Shown here: positions 55,499 to 64,000 of the stretch, in pieces
How the letters are laid out: each line of letters opens with the position of its first letter
Numbering within the stretch: position 1 is the stretch's first letter
IMG/VR virus record: IMGVR_UViG_3300025892_000017
Source: an uncultured virus (IMG/VR IMGVR_UViG_3300025892_000017)
Taxonomy: Duplodnaviria > Heunggongvirae > Uroviricota > Caudoviricetes > Crassvirales
DNA: 64,000 nucleotides
Reading direction: 5' to 3' (one strand)
Made by a program: the position numbers and the translations under genes
The notes under the pieces: model-generated
What the model was told of the DNA's origin: nothing
The model's database searches: none
The model's input: the letters and a program-made list of their open reading frames with translations, nothing else

Positions 55499-55760
55499 CT
55501 ATAGTTAGGTTTGAATAATTTATAAGCTTCTTACTTGTTATCCCCCTTATTATTATCTCCTTATTCTTATCCTTGCTTTTCTTACCATACACCTCGTTAA
55601 TTAACCTACTCATGGTTCTTTTATCGTGCTTCATGATATCGAAAGGCTTATCATATATAGAGACTATCCACGATGAACGCTCAGATACAGACTTATTTTT
55701 CTTATAAGCGATCCGAGCGTTCATGTAGTAGATAGGGGGCTTGCTAGAACGGCAAGTCAC
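55482..55760 (-). CDS. Hypothetical basic protein
   Basis: In operon context; start uncertain. Confidence 0.5.
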   Translation of the reverse strand: MTCRSSKPPIYYMNARIAYKKNKSVSERSSWIVSIYDKPFDIMKHDKRTMSRLINEVYGKKSKDKNKEIIIRGITSKKLINYSNLTIDEHQG

Positions 55761-56055
55761 TCGCTACAGCTTCAGCAGCTTCAGAAGCAGCTTGCTTTGC
55801 AGCGCGTCTCTCCTTAGCAGCTTCGCTATTCGGATCAAACACCGAACAACAAGCCTTTCCACTCTTAGACATAAAGAGCTTGAAGTAGACGTTACCGCCT
55901 TCTCCCGCATCATTACGCCTAGTAGCGTACTTATCAATCATCTCTTTCAGCTCGGTATCCTTAATACGGACACTCCAACTAGAAAGGTTTTCCTCGAAAT
56001 AACGAGGCTCTTCTGCGTACCCTACGAGTACTGAATCATATTTTACATCACTCAT
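55744..56055 (-). CDS. Putative single-stranded DNA-binding protein
   Basis: Short beta-rich core, flexible tail ending SDLPF, in the replication module. Confidence 0.65.
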   Translation of the reverse strand: MSDVKYDSVLVGYAEEPRYFEENLSSWSVRIKDTELKEMIDKYATRRNDAGEGGNVYFKLFMSKSGKACCSVFDPNSEAAKERRAAKQAASEAAEAVASDLPF

Positions 56056-56176
56056 GATAATAAAAATTTAAAGGTTAGAAAAAAAAGTATAATATAAACC
56101 TGCAACAAAACTGAATATCGCCATTGCATAAAATAATATATGGCTAAATATTTCGATTATTTTACAGAACACCTAC

Positions 56177-56959
56177 TTAAACAGTAAAAGACGCATAGCA
56201 ATTAAGCTCTGGCTGCTTCTTGTCTAAGTAAGCCTTTATATTCTCCAGGGCTTGATGAAATTTCATCTCCCCCTTGAACAGGGTTTCCTCCGAGCATTTT
56301 ATCTCTGCGGGGTAATAAGGGAACGTCTTTTCTTGGACGACCCAGTAATAGTCTTTTATATTAAAGACTTTCGTATATATATATGCTTGTATGTCGTAGC
56401 TAAAACTATTAACATCATAGCGGAACTTCTCTACACTTCTTGAACTCTTGCTGTCTGTGATATACCCATCACCTAAGCAATCTAAGAATCCTCTTAACGG
56501 TACACCATCGATATCTTCATTGAACTCGACTTGATACTTACCCGTGAGTCTCTTCTGAAGCAAACCACATGTGGCTAATCTCTCAACCATATCGTTAGCT
56601 TTCTTCCAATCCTCACTATTAGTCAGCGTCTGTCCTTTAGCTTTGTATTCCTCTTCCATAGTAGCCTTAACCTCCTTGTAGTCTTTAGTTAACTTAGGGT
56701 TCTTTGCTTCTAAAGTTTTACTCTGGCAACGATCTAATATATCACCCTCGTTAAGGATAACATATTCACTCATCGCTTTATCACGCTCAAATAAGAGCAT
56801 GTCGTACATAGTACCGAATATTAAAGCATCGGAAGTGTAAGGCGCTTCACCTTTCATCTTCATCTCCCATAACTGCATGTCTCCAAGAGCATACTTTATA
56901 GAAGAATAAGAGAGGTGGCCTTTACCTGTAGCGGCTGTTAACTTTTCCCTTAAAGTCAT
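56177..56959 (-). CDS. RecE/DUF3799-like PD-(D/E)XK exonuclease
   Basis: HLSYSSIK, ALIFGT, LRGFLDC..ITDSKS and YDIQAYIY. Confidence 0.8.
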   Translation of the reverse strand: MTLREKLTAATGKGHLSYSSIKYALGDMQLWEMKMKGEAPYTSDALIFGTMYDMLLFERDKAMSEYVILNEGDILDRCQSKTLEAKNPKLTKDYKEVKATMEEEYKAKGQTLTNSEDWKKANDMVERLATCGLLQKRLTGKYQVEFNEDIDGVPLRGFLDCLGDGYITDSKSSRSVEKFRYDVNSFSYDIQAYIYTKVFNIKDYYWVVQEKTFPYYPAEIKCSEETLFKGEMKFHQALENIKAYLDKKQPELNCYASFTV

Positions 56960-57192
56960 TTCTTCTTTTTCTTAGGGAAGTAAATTGCATCTTTCTGATT
57001 AACACATATTTCTTCAATCTCATATAAAGCTTTGCTTTGATCTTTATCGACACCATCAAATGTGCGAAAGAAATGAGTAAGTTGTATTAATTCAGTCCAA
57101 ACCTGAATAGGAGTATAGTTTTTATACTTTTCTCTATCCTTTTTAGCTATATCGACTAACTCGTCTATACTGTGTTCTGTAAAATATTCCAT
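56956..57192 (-). CDS. Hypothetical protein
   Basis: Coupled to its neighbours. Confidence 0.55.
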   Translation of the reverse strand: MEYFTEHSIDELVDIAKKDREKYKNYTPIQVWTELIQLTHFFRTFDGVDKDQSKALYEIEEICVNQKDAIYFPKKKKK

Positions 57193-57563
57193 TATTTTAT
57201 TGTATTTGTTATTAATTTTTTAAGCGGTCTTAGTTTTAGTTTTTTCCATATAGGAGATCCTTTTATTCTAGTTTTTAAGCTAGCTGCGGAGATATACATT
57301 AGCGTCCCATTATTATTTTCAAGGAGATATACTGATGCTGAGATTTCATCACTTAAATCAACTTTCCATTTAAGAAGTTTCTTAATATTTATGTATCGTT
57401 TTAAGCGCTTTTTATGTTCTTTGTCACAGGAGCATATACCACGATGATCACAGTTTTGCATCCAAGTATCCTTTAAAAATTGTTCACCACCTTTAGACTC
57501 AAAGTAATAAAACTCCATCAGGGTGTCACCTTTAAGGGGTCCGTTGTTGCTATACCAATGCAT
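57192..57563 (-). CDS. Hypothetical protein
   Basis: Coupled to its neighbours. Confidence 0.5.
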   Translation of the reverse strand: MHWYSNNGPLKGDTLMEFYYFESKGGEQFLKDTWMQNCDHRGICSCDKEHKKRLKRYINIKKLLKWKVDLSDEISASVYLLENNNGTLMYISAASLKTRIKGSPIWKKLKLRPLKKLITNTIK

Positions 57564-57565
57564 GC

Positions 57566-58165
57566 TTATCGCACAAACTTCATTATACCTTCAACTTGCT
57601 TCTCGGTAAGCTGGTCACCCTTCTTACTCATGATAAAGTCAAAAGCCTTTTGTTTATCTGTTTGAGATTTTATATACCCGATAACCTTACTCATAAGCTC
57701 TGGGTCTTTATCAGCTGTCTTAGTGCTTCGGGTAGACTTAGCAGCTCCTTTACTGGGGGTGGCTTTAGCAGGTTTTGATGATAGTGTGCCGTTTGTCATG
57801 CCGCCACCTTGCTTAGCAATAGCCTCGGTCACTTCATTAGCAGATGCAATAGAAGCATCGATACCTATACCCATCATAGCCAAGGCTCTACCTATAGCAG
57901 ATGTTTCGCAGTTCTCAACATAACTTGTTTTGTTAATGTTACTGCTACCTTGAACCTCATGGGCATGACCACTCGCTATTATTCGTTGAGCAGGATCTGC
58001 AATGATCGCTCTACATACACACATTTCTGAATCCAACGCTGTGAATTCTGTGGATATAGTCCAGTTTTTATACTCGTCTTCTTGGCGGAAGAATTTGATA
58101 CGCTCGTTTACTTCGACGTACTGTTTGCCACGGATGTTCGTGGTCTTGAATTTGTAATTAGACAT
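57566..58165 (-). CDS. Rad52/Sak-like single-strand annealing protein
   Basis: GKQYVEVNERI...GHAHE...ENCETSAIGRAL; sits next to the exonuclease. Confidence 0.7.
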   Translation of the reverse strand: MSNYKFKTTNIRGKQYVEVNERIKFFRQEDEYKNWTISTEFTALDSEMCVCRAIIADPAQRIIASGHAHEVQGSSNINKTSYVENCETSAIGRALAMMGIGIDASIASANEVTEAIAKQGGGMTNGTLSSKPAKATPSKGAAKSTRSTKTADKDPELMSKVIGYIKSQTDKQKAFDFIMSKKGDQLTEKQVEGIMKFVR

Positions 58166-58188
58166 GTATTAAATTAAATTAGGGTTTA

Positions 58189-58196
58189 CAAATATA
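58189..58196 (-). promoter_or_regulatory. Bacteroidota-type promoter for the recombination/replication operon
   Basis: TATATTTG on the - strand with a TTTG about 20 nt upstream (58217-58220). Confidence 0.65.
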
Positions 58197-58876
58197 AGCA
58201 AAAGTCTGTTAGAAACCAAACTTTCTTGCATTTTCATATAGATTGTGCATAGATTTCTCAAACTGCTTAGGGGTTTGAGAGGTGTTTCTGCAGACCTTCA
58301 TAAAGCCACCTATTAAATGTACAGCATCTATATGTTCGGGTTTTAGTTCAAGAGAACTGTTAAGCGTTTTTTCTGTTATTTTACTCATTGTATTGATTGA
58401 TTAAATAGATTAATAATATTATATTGATTATCCATAAGGTAATACTTATGTTTTTTTGTTTTTTAGTTAGTTTATGTATCATTCGTATCTGATTGATCTT
58501 CAACTAGTTATTGAAGTTTATATCAAGCTTTAGTTTAAGACAGAAAGCTTCGATCACCCACTCTACAGCTTCGGTATCTTCACTAAAAGTGAAGTTTACA
58601 TATGCTGTTGAGAGCTCGTCAAGGGATAGATCGTGAAAAGGATTCTTTATGTATGTCATCTACTTAAGGTTCTGGTGTTCAAGATATATACCCATAACGG
58701 TTGCTGCTGCAATTATTATTATTAGTGTCATGTTGTTTTTACTTTAGTTTTTACTTGATTCTTTTTTTCTAATCTCTCTTGTTCTCTTCTCCACCTTCTA
58801 GATGCGGAGCCTGTGTTTAATTTTACAGATTTTGCTGATTTTACGTAACTGCTACCCATTGTGTATATATTAAATG

Positions 58877-59074
58877 TTATTTTGTTTTAGAACTTTCGTT
58901 ATCCATATTCATCATCAACTCATTGTATATATATTTAAACTCTTCTGCTTTTAACCTCCATTGCATAGCAATAATAAGAAGGTCTTTCTTGCTGTGAGCC
59001 TTGAGGGCAGACTTAACCTGCTCTTTAGACCACATAGCTAGTGGGTCGTTTATACTTTCTTTTTTTAAACTCAT
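58877..59074 (-). CDS. Small hypothetical protein
   Basis: Coupled to the upstream ORF. Confidence 0.5.
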   Translation of the reverse strand: MSLKKESINDPLAMWSKEQVKSALKAHSKKDLLIIAMQWRLKAEEFKYIYNELMMNMDNESSKTK

Positions 59075-59295
59075 ATCTTTATAAATGTATTTGTTTTGTT
59101 TTTAAGTTTCTTTGTTACCTCCACTCTCTCACGCAGCTTCCTAGCGCTTGTGTTAACCTCTTTCTGTATCACAGCGAGGGTAGCTTCAAAAGCATACGTA
59201 GTAGCCTTCTGATTGATCTTATCTACGATCTCATATACATCATCGCTATACGCTAGTATATCTCTCATTTCTCTTACACCTAGTAGTCTTTTCAT
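59071..59295 (-). CDS. Small hypothetical protein
   Basis: In the - strand early cluster. Confidence 0.5.
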   Translation of the reverse strand: MKRLLGVREMRDILAYSDDVYEIVDKINQKATTYAFEATLAVIQKEVNTSARKLRERVEVTKKLKNKTNTFIKI

Positions 59296-59490
59296 ATTAT
59301 TCTTGTTCTTTAAATATCACCCAGGATCCATCTTCGTCAGGGGAAGCCTTTACTATTTCTTCAGCTTTCTCTCTTGTCAGATCTGTGTATAAAGTGTATT
59401 TTTGTTTAGTAGAGTTATAAACGCGTTGTACTATGTACTTCTTCATGATGATGTGATTTGTTTTGTGTACCTAAATGTACGCCAATACTT

Positions 59491-59578
59491 TGGAACCTAG
59501 CGGAGGATTCGAACCTCCCGAAGTCTACCCCCGAACCAACAGTAGCAGCTTTCTCCATCTTCCAATCGTGGGCTAGGA
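59491..59578 (-). ncRNA. tRNA-like RNA with acceptor stem, T-arm and CCA but no canonical anticodon arm
   Basis: On the - strand: 5' TCCTAGC ... GGAGG-TTCGAAT-CCTCC GCTAGGT T CCA 3'. Confidence 0.6.
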
Positions 59579-59803
59579 TATTTTTCATTTTATTTTGTTT
59601 TGTATTTCTCTCCATGCTTCTGGGTACTCATCGATCAGTATGCGCTTGAGTGTTTGTAACTCACTCCACATCTCTTTGATTACCTTAGCTTGGTTCTTAA
59701 TTGTTTTAGCTCTGTCTATTCTTTCTCTGTTTTTAGCTCGTTCTTGTATTCCCATTTGGTTATGCTATTAGGTGAGTTGATTCACTTATTTACACTCGTT
59801 TAA

Positions 59804-60196
59804 TTATATACAGTCCATACATTCATTTATATCTTTATCCTCATTGAATGCTACCGTATTTACACGATCACCACATGATCCGCATATATATTTACTCAAG
59901 TCTACTAAACGATTAACTTCGTTGTGTTCTTTAATAAATTCTACTACTCTATCGTACACTACCTCTATCTTCATTGTCAATAATGATTCATTAATAAAGT
60001 AATGCTGACCTTCTGAGGGTTGTTGTGCGTCAAAGCATTTCTGTACTACAGGCATCAACCAATCCCATGAAGTGTGGTATTGTAAGAGTATATGATGTGT
60101 TAATTCTCTATTACCCTCTTTTGTTAGATGCTCAAAGTAACACCCATCGGGTGTTTCCAATCCCATAAATTCTGCTATTAGTTTATTGTATTTCAT
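59804..60196 (-). CDS. KLIAEFMG...SWDWLMPVV family protein with C-terminal Cys cluster
   Basis: Paralog of 62663-62932. Confidence 0.7.
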   Translation of the reverse strand: MKYNKLIAEFMGLETPDGCYFEHLTKEGNRELTHHILLQYHTSWDWLMPVVQKCFDAQQPSEGQHYFINESLLTMKIEVVYDRVVEFIKEHNEVNRLVDLSKYICGSCGDRVNTVAFNEDKDINECMDCI

Positions 60197-60785
60197 ATCC
60201 GTTTATTTGTGTATCGCTTATCAATTTATGCTTGATTGTGTAGCCGAGTTCATCTACTACCTCTTGTATCTGCTCGTCAGTCAAGTCGAGTTCGAAGTAC
60301 ATACCTATATTTAGGTAGGCAACTCCATATTTGTTTTTAGTCATAATGTTATAGGTTTTTAGTTATATCTTCTATAGTTTCTTTTGCTTCGGGATTTAAG
60401 TTGCTTATAAGCCACTCTATCTCATCAATAGGTGTGCTTGATTCGTTAAGTATGTATAGAGCATACTTGGTTAGTTCTTCTTGTTTCATTGTAATCCATA
60501 TTTATCTATGTATTCTCCTATCGTTCGTCTTAGTCTACCTACTTTGAGTTCATACATATTTACTCTTGCTGAATAAGCAAGTATGGTTTCTTGTAGACGC
60601 TTGTTCTTTTCTGTTAGTTTTTCTATATCAGTCATGCTTTCTTATTTCATTTAATTGTCTGCCTATATCGAGAATGTTCTCGCCCTCTGCCATACCTAAG
60701 TTATAGTGTTGCCTCCATGCATCGCATGAAAGGAAGTTGTTGAACCAATCAAGGTACATAGCTTCTATTTGTGTGTTAGTGTAGT

Positions 60786-61007
60786 TCATCTTATTTTTTC
60801 TCTTATTGTGTCAGCTATTTCTTCGTTAATGAATTGCATTATAGCTTCGTTATCCTCAAACGTAGCTATGAGTATGCTCTCGGCTTCCTCTTCGGTTAGC
60901 TTTACGTCTAGATGTTCAGCATTAAGCATTACATCATCAGTACTCCATTTGAGTTCGTTTCCGTTGTAGTATTTCATCTTATTCATCTTCTTCATATGTA
61001 AATTCAC
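60786..61007 (-). CDS. Small acidic hypothetical protein
   Basis: In the early cluster; true start probably further downstream. Confidence 0.5.
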   Translation of the reverse strand: MNLHMKKMNKMKYYNGNELKWSTDDVMLNAEHLDVKLTEEEAESILIATFEDNEAIMQFINEEIADTIREKIR

Positions 61008-61101
61008 AATGCTCTAAACATTCAGGGCATATACCCATATCCGTTTCTATTGTTTCTGCGCCACAGCAGTCGCTGGACAGTAATCCATCTTCTTTATTCA
61101 T
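60979..61101 (-). CDS. 40-aa Cys-rich mini-protein (SDCCGA...ICPECLEHC; not in the ORF track)
   Basis: Open frame from ATG 61101 to TAA 60979 with an A-rich leader. Confidence 0.6.
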   Translation of the reverse strand: MNKEDGLLSSDCCGAETIETDMGICPECLEHCEFTYEEDE

Positions 61102-61111
61102 TTTATTATAT

Positions 61112-61708
61112 TTAATTTAACATCCATCTATTTCTAATTGTTACCCATACTATAGCTTGTAAAGTAGAAGGGAGTATATCATACTTCTTAGCTACCTTCT
61201 GACAATCCTTTTCTAAGTTCTTATATTGTAATGGGGTGACTGTAGTCTTACATTCTTTAGGTGATTTACTGCTAGTCTGTATCGCTCTTAAGTGCCATTT
61301 ATCTATAGTGACCTGATATGTATCCTCACCGCTGATATTCCTAGCGAAAGCATACGTCTTAGGGGATTGTTTTAATATCCTCATATCCCCATGAGCAATA
61401 GAAAAGGCTTTGTATTTATTATTATTATACGTACACACCTTAACTTCATCGGGTGGGATACCTTTACTTACAGCATCGAGTACAGCATGAGCATCTATCT
61501 TATTCCTACCCCACTTATTGTTAGGGGAAAGTGCTGAAATTACACCCGCACATATAAGCTTTGGTACATCGAACCGCAACGATAATACATTAACGTAGTC
61601 CTTCGCTTCATCGTACCACGTACTGCCTGATTCACGCTCTTCGTGTGTTGATTCATTATACCAGAACTTTAATAAGGCTCTACCTTTAGATCTCTCTTGT
61701 CGTGTCAT
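61112..61708 (-). CDS. DUF7178-like protein, possible HhH DNA-glycosylase-related fold
   Basis: WY...ISALSPNNKW..N...KTYAFARNI...VTIDKW...LQAIVWV. Confidence 0.55.
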   Translation of the reverse strand: MTRQERSKGRALLKFWYNESTHEERESGSTWYDEAKDYVNVLSLRFDVPKLICAGVISALSPNNKWGRNKIDAHAVLDAVSKGIPPDEVKVCTYNNNKYKAFSIAHGDMRILKQSPKTYAFARNISGEDTYQVTIDKWHLRAIQTSSKSPKECKTTVTPLQYKNLEKDCQKVAKKYDILPSTLQAIVWVTIRNRWMLN

Positions 61709-61880
61709 GATGTTATTGTGTTTTAATATTATACATCTAATTTTAATACAGTTTTCTTCCGTTTCGGTAATCCTTTTAATCTTCTTTGTTCATTCTCAAC
61801 CCAATTGAGTAATTTTTTAATAGTTTCACGCCGAATCCTAATAGATACGTAGTCGTCAGATATTTGGTTTTTTTTCATAA

Positions 61881-61912
61881 TGTTGTTAGTTTTGTACACT
61901 TAAGCGTACATT
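61881..61912. repeat. 32-bp repeat, copy 1, with palindromic core TGTACACTTAAGCGTACA
   Basis: Near-identical to 63415-63446. Confidence 0.75.
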
Positions 61913-62163
61913 TATATTCGTGGTAAGAAGTGTTCGTCTTTGTTAAGCAACCCTTTTATGTCATGTACTATATCATTAGTGAACAGTAAGTCGATCTGAT
62001 CTTTCTCAACTAGTCGTTCACACCAATCCTCATGGTCTATACATGTTTGTATAACATACCATAAGTTTTCTTTAAACCATTCAGGTAGGTTATCCCTTAT
62101 TATAGCTATAGCTTGTGTTGATACCTCTGTGTTAGGTATTCCTTCTAATGTTTCTTGATTCAT
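61912..62163 (-). CDS. Small hypothetical protein
   Basis: In the early cluster. Confidence 0.55.
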   Translation of the reverse strand: MNQETLEGIPNTEVSTQAIAIIRDNLPEWFKENLWYVIQTCIDHEDWCERLVEKDQIDLLFTNDIVHDIKGLLNKDEHFLPRI

Positions 62164-62175
62164 ATTGTATTGGTT

Positions 62176-62676
62176 TTAGTATTCAGTGCCGTAGCAATTC
62201 TCACATTCACAGTTGTGATTATCTTCGTTGTAGTTTAGTCCGTCATTGTTAAAGTATTCTTCACACCCATCGCATTGTACTCGGTCAGCGTTATGGTCTA
62301 TGGTTACTCCCATTTTCTTAGCGCACTCATCGAGGTAGCTATCAGTCCAATCTATAAACCCTAAGGTTACTTCCATTCGTTCATCCGTAGTTAGTTCGGG
62401 CATGAAGTATTTTTTAATAAAGTCCTTACGTGTCATAGTCGGTGGCTTGGTGTACTCATCCACCATCTTACATATGTCCTCGTATATCTTTTCCTTGTTA
62501 CCTTTAAGTCCGAAGTACCGCTTGACATCAGTAACTTTCCAGTGTCTATGCGGTTTCATCCCCGCTTTCCATAGCCCCAAGTCGCGCTTGGATACGATCA
62601 GGTTGTACATACCTTTGGATGATGCGGATCCGTTGATGCTCATGTCTTGCTTTAAGTCTTGTTCAAATTGTGTCAT
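62176..62676 (-). CDS. Hypothetical protein with C-terminal Cys cluster
   Basis: GMKPHRHWKVTDVKRYFG...CDGC...CECENC. Confidence 0.6.
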   Translation of the reverse strand: MTQFEQDLKQDMSINGSASSKGMYNLIVSKRDLGLWKAGMKPHRHWKVTDVKRYFGLKGNKEKIYEDICKMVDEYTKPPTMTRKDFIKKYFMPELTTDERMEVTLGFIDWTDSYLDECAKKMGVTIDHNADRVQCDGCEEYFNNDGLNYNEDNHNCECENCYGTEY

Positions 62677-62932
62677 TGTTATATTCTTTAATGAATCTTA
62701 CTACTTCTTTATGGGTTTTGCCTATATCGGTTGACAATATATGTGCGCCTATTAACTCGTTCTGCTCTTCAATCTTCTTAACTACAGGCATCAACCAGTC
62801 CCATGAGGAGTGGTATTGTAGTTCGTGAGGTAGATACTCATACAATCTAACTCCTTCTGAATCTTCCATAAAGAATCTATCATCTTCATATACATATCCC
62901 ATAAATTCTGCTATTAGTTTATTATCGTTCAT
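62663..62932 (-). CDS. KLIAEFMG...SWDWLMPVV family protein
   Basis: Paralog of 59804-60196. Confidence 0.7.
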   Translation of the reverse strand: MNDNKLIAEFMGYVYEDDRFFMEDSEGVRLYEYLPHELQYHSSWDWLMPVVKKIEEQNELIGAHILSTDIGKTHKEVVRFIKEYNNDTI

Positions 62933-63201
62933 GATGTGTATGAGTTATAGGTTAATACTTCTTCGTACTTCTCTTGCATAGCTTCGATTAACTCCCTACC
63001 ATTCCTAGTATGGAAGCCGTAGCTATGTGTGTATAGAGAGGGTATCGGTGTGTTGCATAATAGCAACTCCATTAGAGCATAGCTATCGTGTCCAACCTCT
63101 TCGGCTACCTCGTTGATAGCTGATGCGAGTGCCGCACAGTTGTGTCGTGGTGTACTATCTAGGTCTTCCCTGATGTACATTTCTACTTGGTTTTTAGTCA
63201 T
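62929..63201 (-). CDS. Small hypothetical protein
   Basis: Coupled to the downstream gene. Confidence 0.55.
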   Translation of the reverse strand: MTKNQVEMYIREDLDSTPRHNCAALASAINEVAEEVGHDSYALMELLLCNTPIPSLYTHSYGFHTRNGRELIEAMQEKYEEVLTYNSYTS

Positions 63202-63205
63202 GTTG

Positions 63206-63433
63206 TTATTGGTTTTGGTGTTGATGTTGGTTATCCTCAGTCATAGCATCGTATTCATTTGCGTAATACTCGACTTCTTGTTGTGATATAAGGAAATCAT
63301 ATACCTCTTCAAGGTATATATCCCATACGTTAAGAACGATTGCCTCGCCCATTATGTCATGCCCTATGTTACGTGCATCTAGTCTATCTGATGCTTTCTC
63401 TACTTGTGTCATGATGTTATTAGTTTTGTACAC
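63206..63433 (-). CDS. Small hypothetical protein (likely start MTQVEK near 63412)
   Basis: In the early cluster. Confidence 0.5.
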   Translation of the reverse strand: MYKTNNIMTQVEKASDRLDARNIGHDIMGEAIVLNVWDIYLEEVYDFLISQQEVEYYANEYDAMTEDNQHQHQNQ

Positions 63434-63446
63434 TCAAGTGTACATT
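63415..63446. repeat. 32-bp repeat, copy 2, with palindromic core TGTACACTCAAGTGTACA
   Basis: Near-identical to 61881-61912. Confidence 0.75.
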
Positions 63447-63708
63447 ATTGTATCTCGATTAGTTTTCCGTTTATCTCTTCGTATTGGTGTTCGCTCTCAT
63501 CCTCCCACACAGTCCAATAAAGGACATCGTGTTCGACTGCCTCTTCAAGCATTAAGGCATCACTTTGATTATCGTATGTACCAAACTCAACCTCTCGTAG
63601 CCAAGCAATTACATCCTTCAAGTACTTGAAGTATTGTTCGCCATCGCCTTGTAGCCAACCTCGATTCATACCTTCGCCCGTTATCGAGCATCGTCTTGCG
63701 TATTTCAT
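63445..63708 (-). CDS. Small hypothetical protein
   Basis: ARRCSITGEGMNRGW...YWTVWED. Confidence 0.6.
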   Translation of the reverse strand: MKYARRCSITGEGMNRGWLQGDGEQYFKYLKDVIAWLREVEFGTYDNQSDALMLEEAVEHDVLYWTVWEDESEHQYEEINGKLIEIQ

Positions 63709-63711
63709 TTG

Positions 63712-63957
63712 TTATTGGTTATTATCTACTCCGTAAAGCATATCACACGCTTCATCTTCGGTGTACTTACGTTTTGGTTTACCTAGTGGTATGCGGTAGT
63801 CATAAGGGAAGGCTTCTTCTAACCTACGCTTGTTTTCGTTATCGGCTCTACGCCATGCTTCTACGAGGTAGTGTTGAAATCCTCCCCCGTATTTCTGATT
63901 CTCTAGCACCCAGTCGATATGCTCTATCTCGGTGCAGTCGTGTGTTAATTTATTCAT
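63712..63957 (-). CDS. Small conserved-type phage protein
   Basis: YGGGF..LVEAWRRADNENKRRLEEAFP. Confidence 0.6.
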   Translation of the reverse strand: MNKLTHDCTEIEHIDWVLENQKYGGGFQHYLVEAWRRADNENKRRLEEAFPYDYRIPLGKPKRKYTEDEACDMLYGVDNNQ

Positions 63958-64000
63958 TTTAATTCGTCTTGTACGTTTTCTAGTGCTATCTTGTAGCCGT

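Noticed and set aside
59415..59649. ORFs 59415-59615 (-) and 59458-59649 (+)
   Set aside because: They overlap the tRNA-like element and have no recognisable protein features; probably spurious
1..64000. CRISPR array, diversity-generating retroelement, integrase, introns/inteins, stop-codon reassignment
   Set aside because: I saw no repeat-spacer array, reverse transcriptase or recombinase; terL, portal and capsid genes are uninterrupted; genes pack tightly in the standard code and some end in TAG or TGA

Overview
This window is most of the genome of a tailed dsDNA phage, probably podovirus-like and infecting Bacteroidota (likely Flavobacteriia). The host inference rests on TAnnTTTG promoters, SD-less A-rich start regions and the gene families present. 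A + strand block (827-51674) encodes putative internal virion proteins, lysis genes, a tandem GroES-like co-chaperonin, terminase, portal, an envelope module (beta-barrel, TM and thioredoxin-fold proteins), LamG adhesins, basic mini-proteins, scaffold, major capsid, fibres, tail ring and stabilisation proteins, three large ejection-type proteins and a holin. It converges with a - strand block (51661-64000) carrying a DnaA-C-like HTH, nucleases, primase-helicase, SSB, an exonuclease/annealase pair, a tRNA-like element and many small early genes. I recognised no integrase, DNA polymerase, RNA polymerase, CRISPR array or reverse transcriptase. The strongest findings are: (1) an A10 slippery run in the largest ejection gene that opens a hidden -1 frame encoding an aromatic, beta-strand-like peptide; (2) a recurrent basic-[YF]xxGG tag on many unrelated late proteins, which also marks module boundaries in a 1330-aa protein ending in an HExxH peptidase; (3) an apparently split tail-stabilisation gene with an inserted helical region ending in a dockerin-like motif. 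All family assignments come from motif recognition by eye; no database searches were run.
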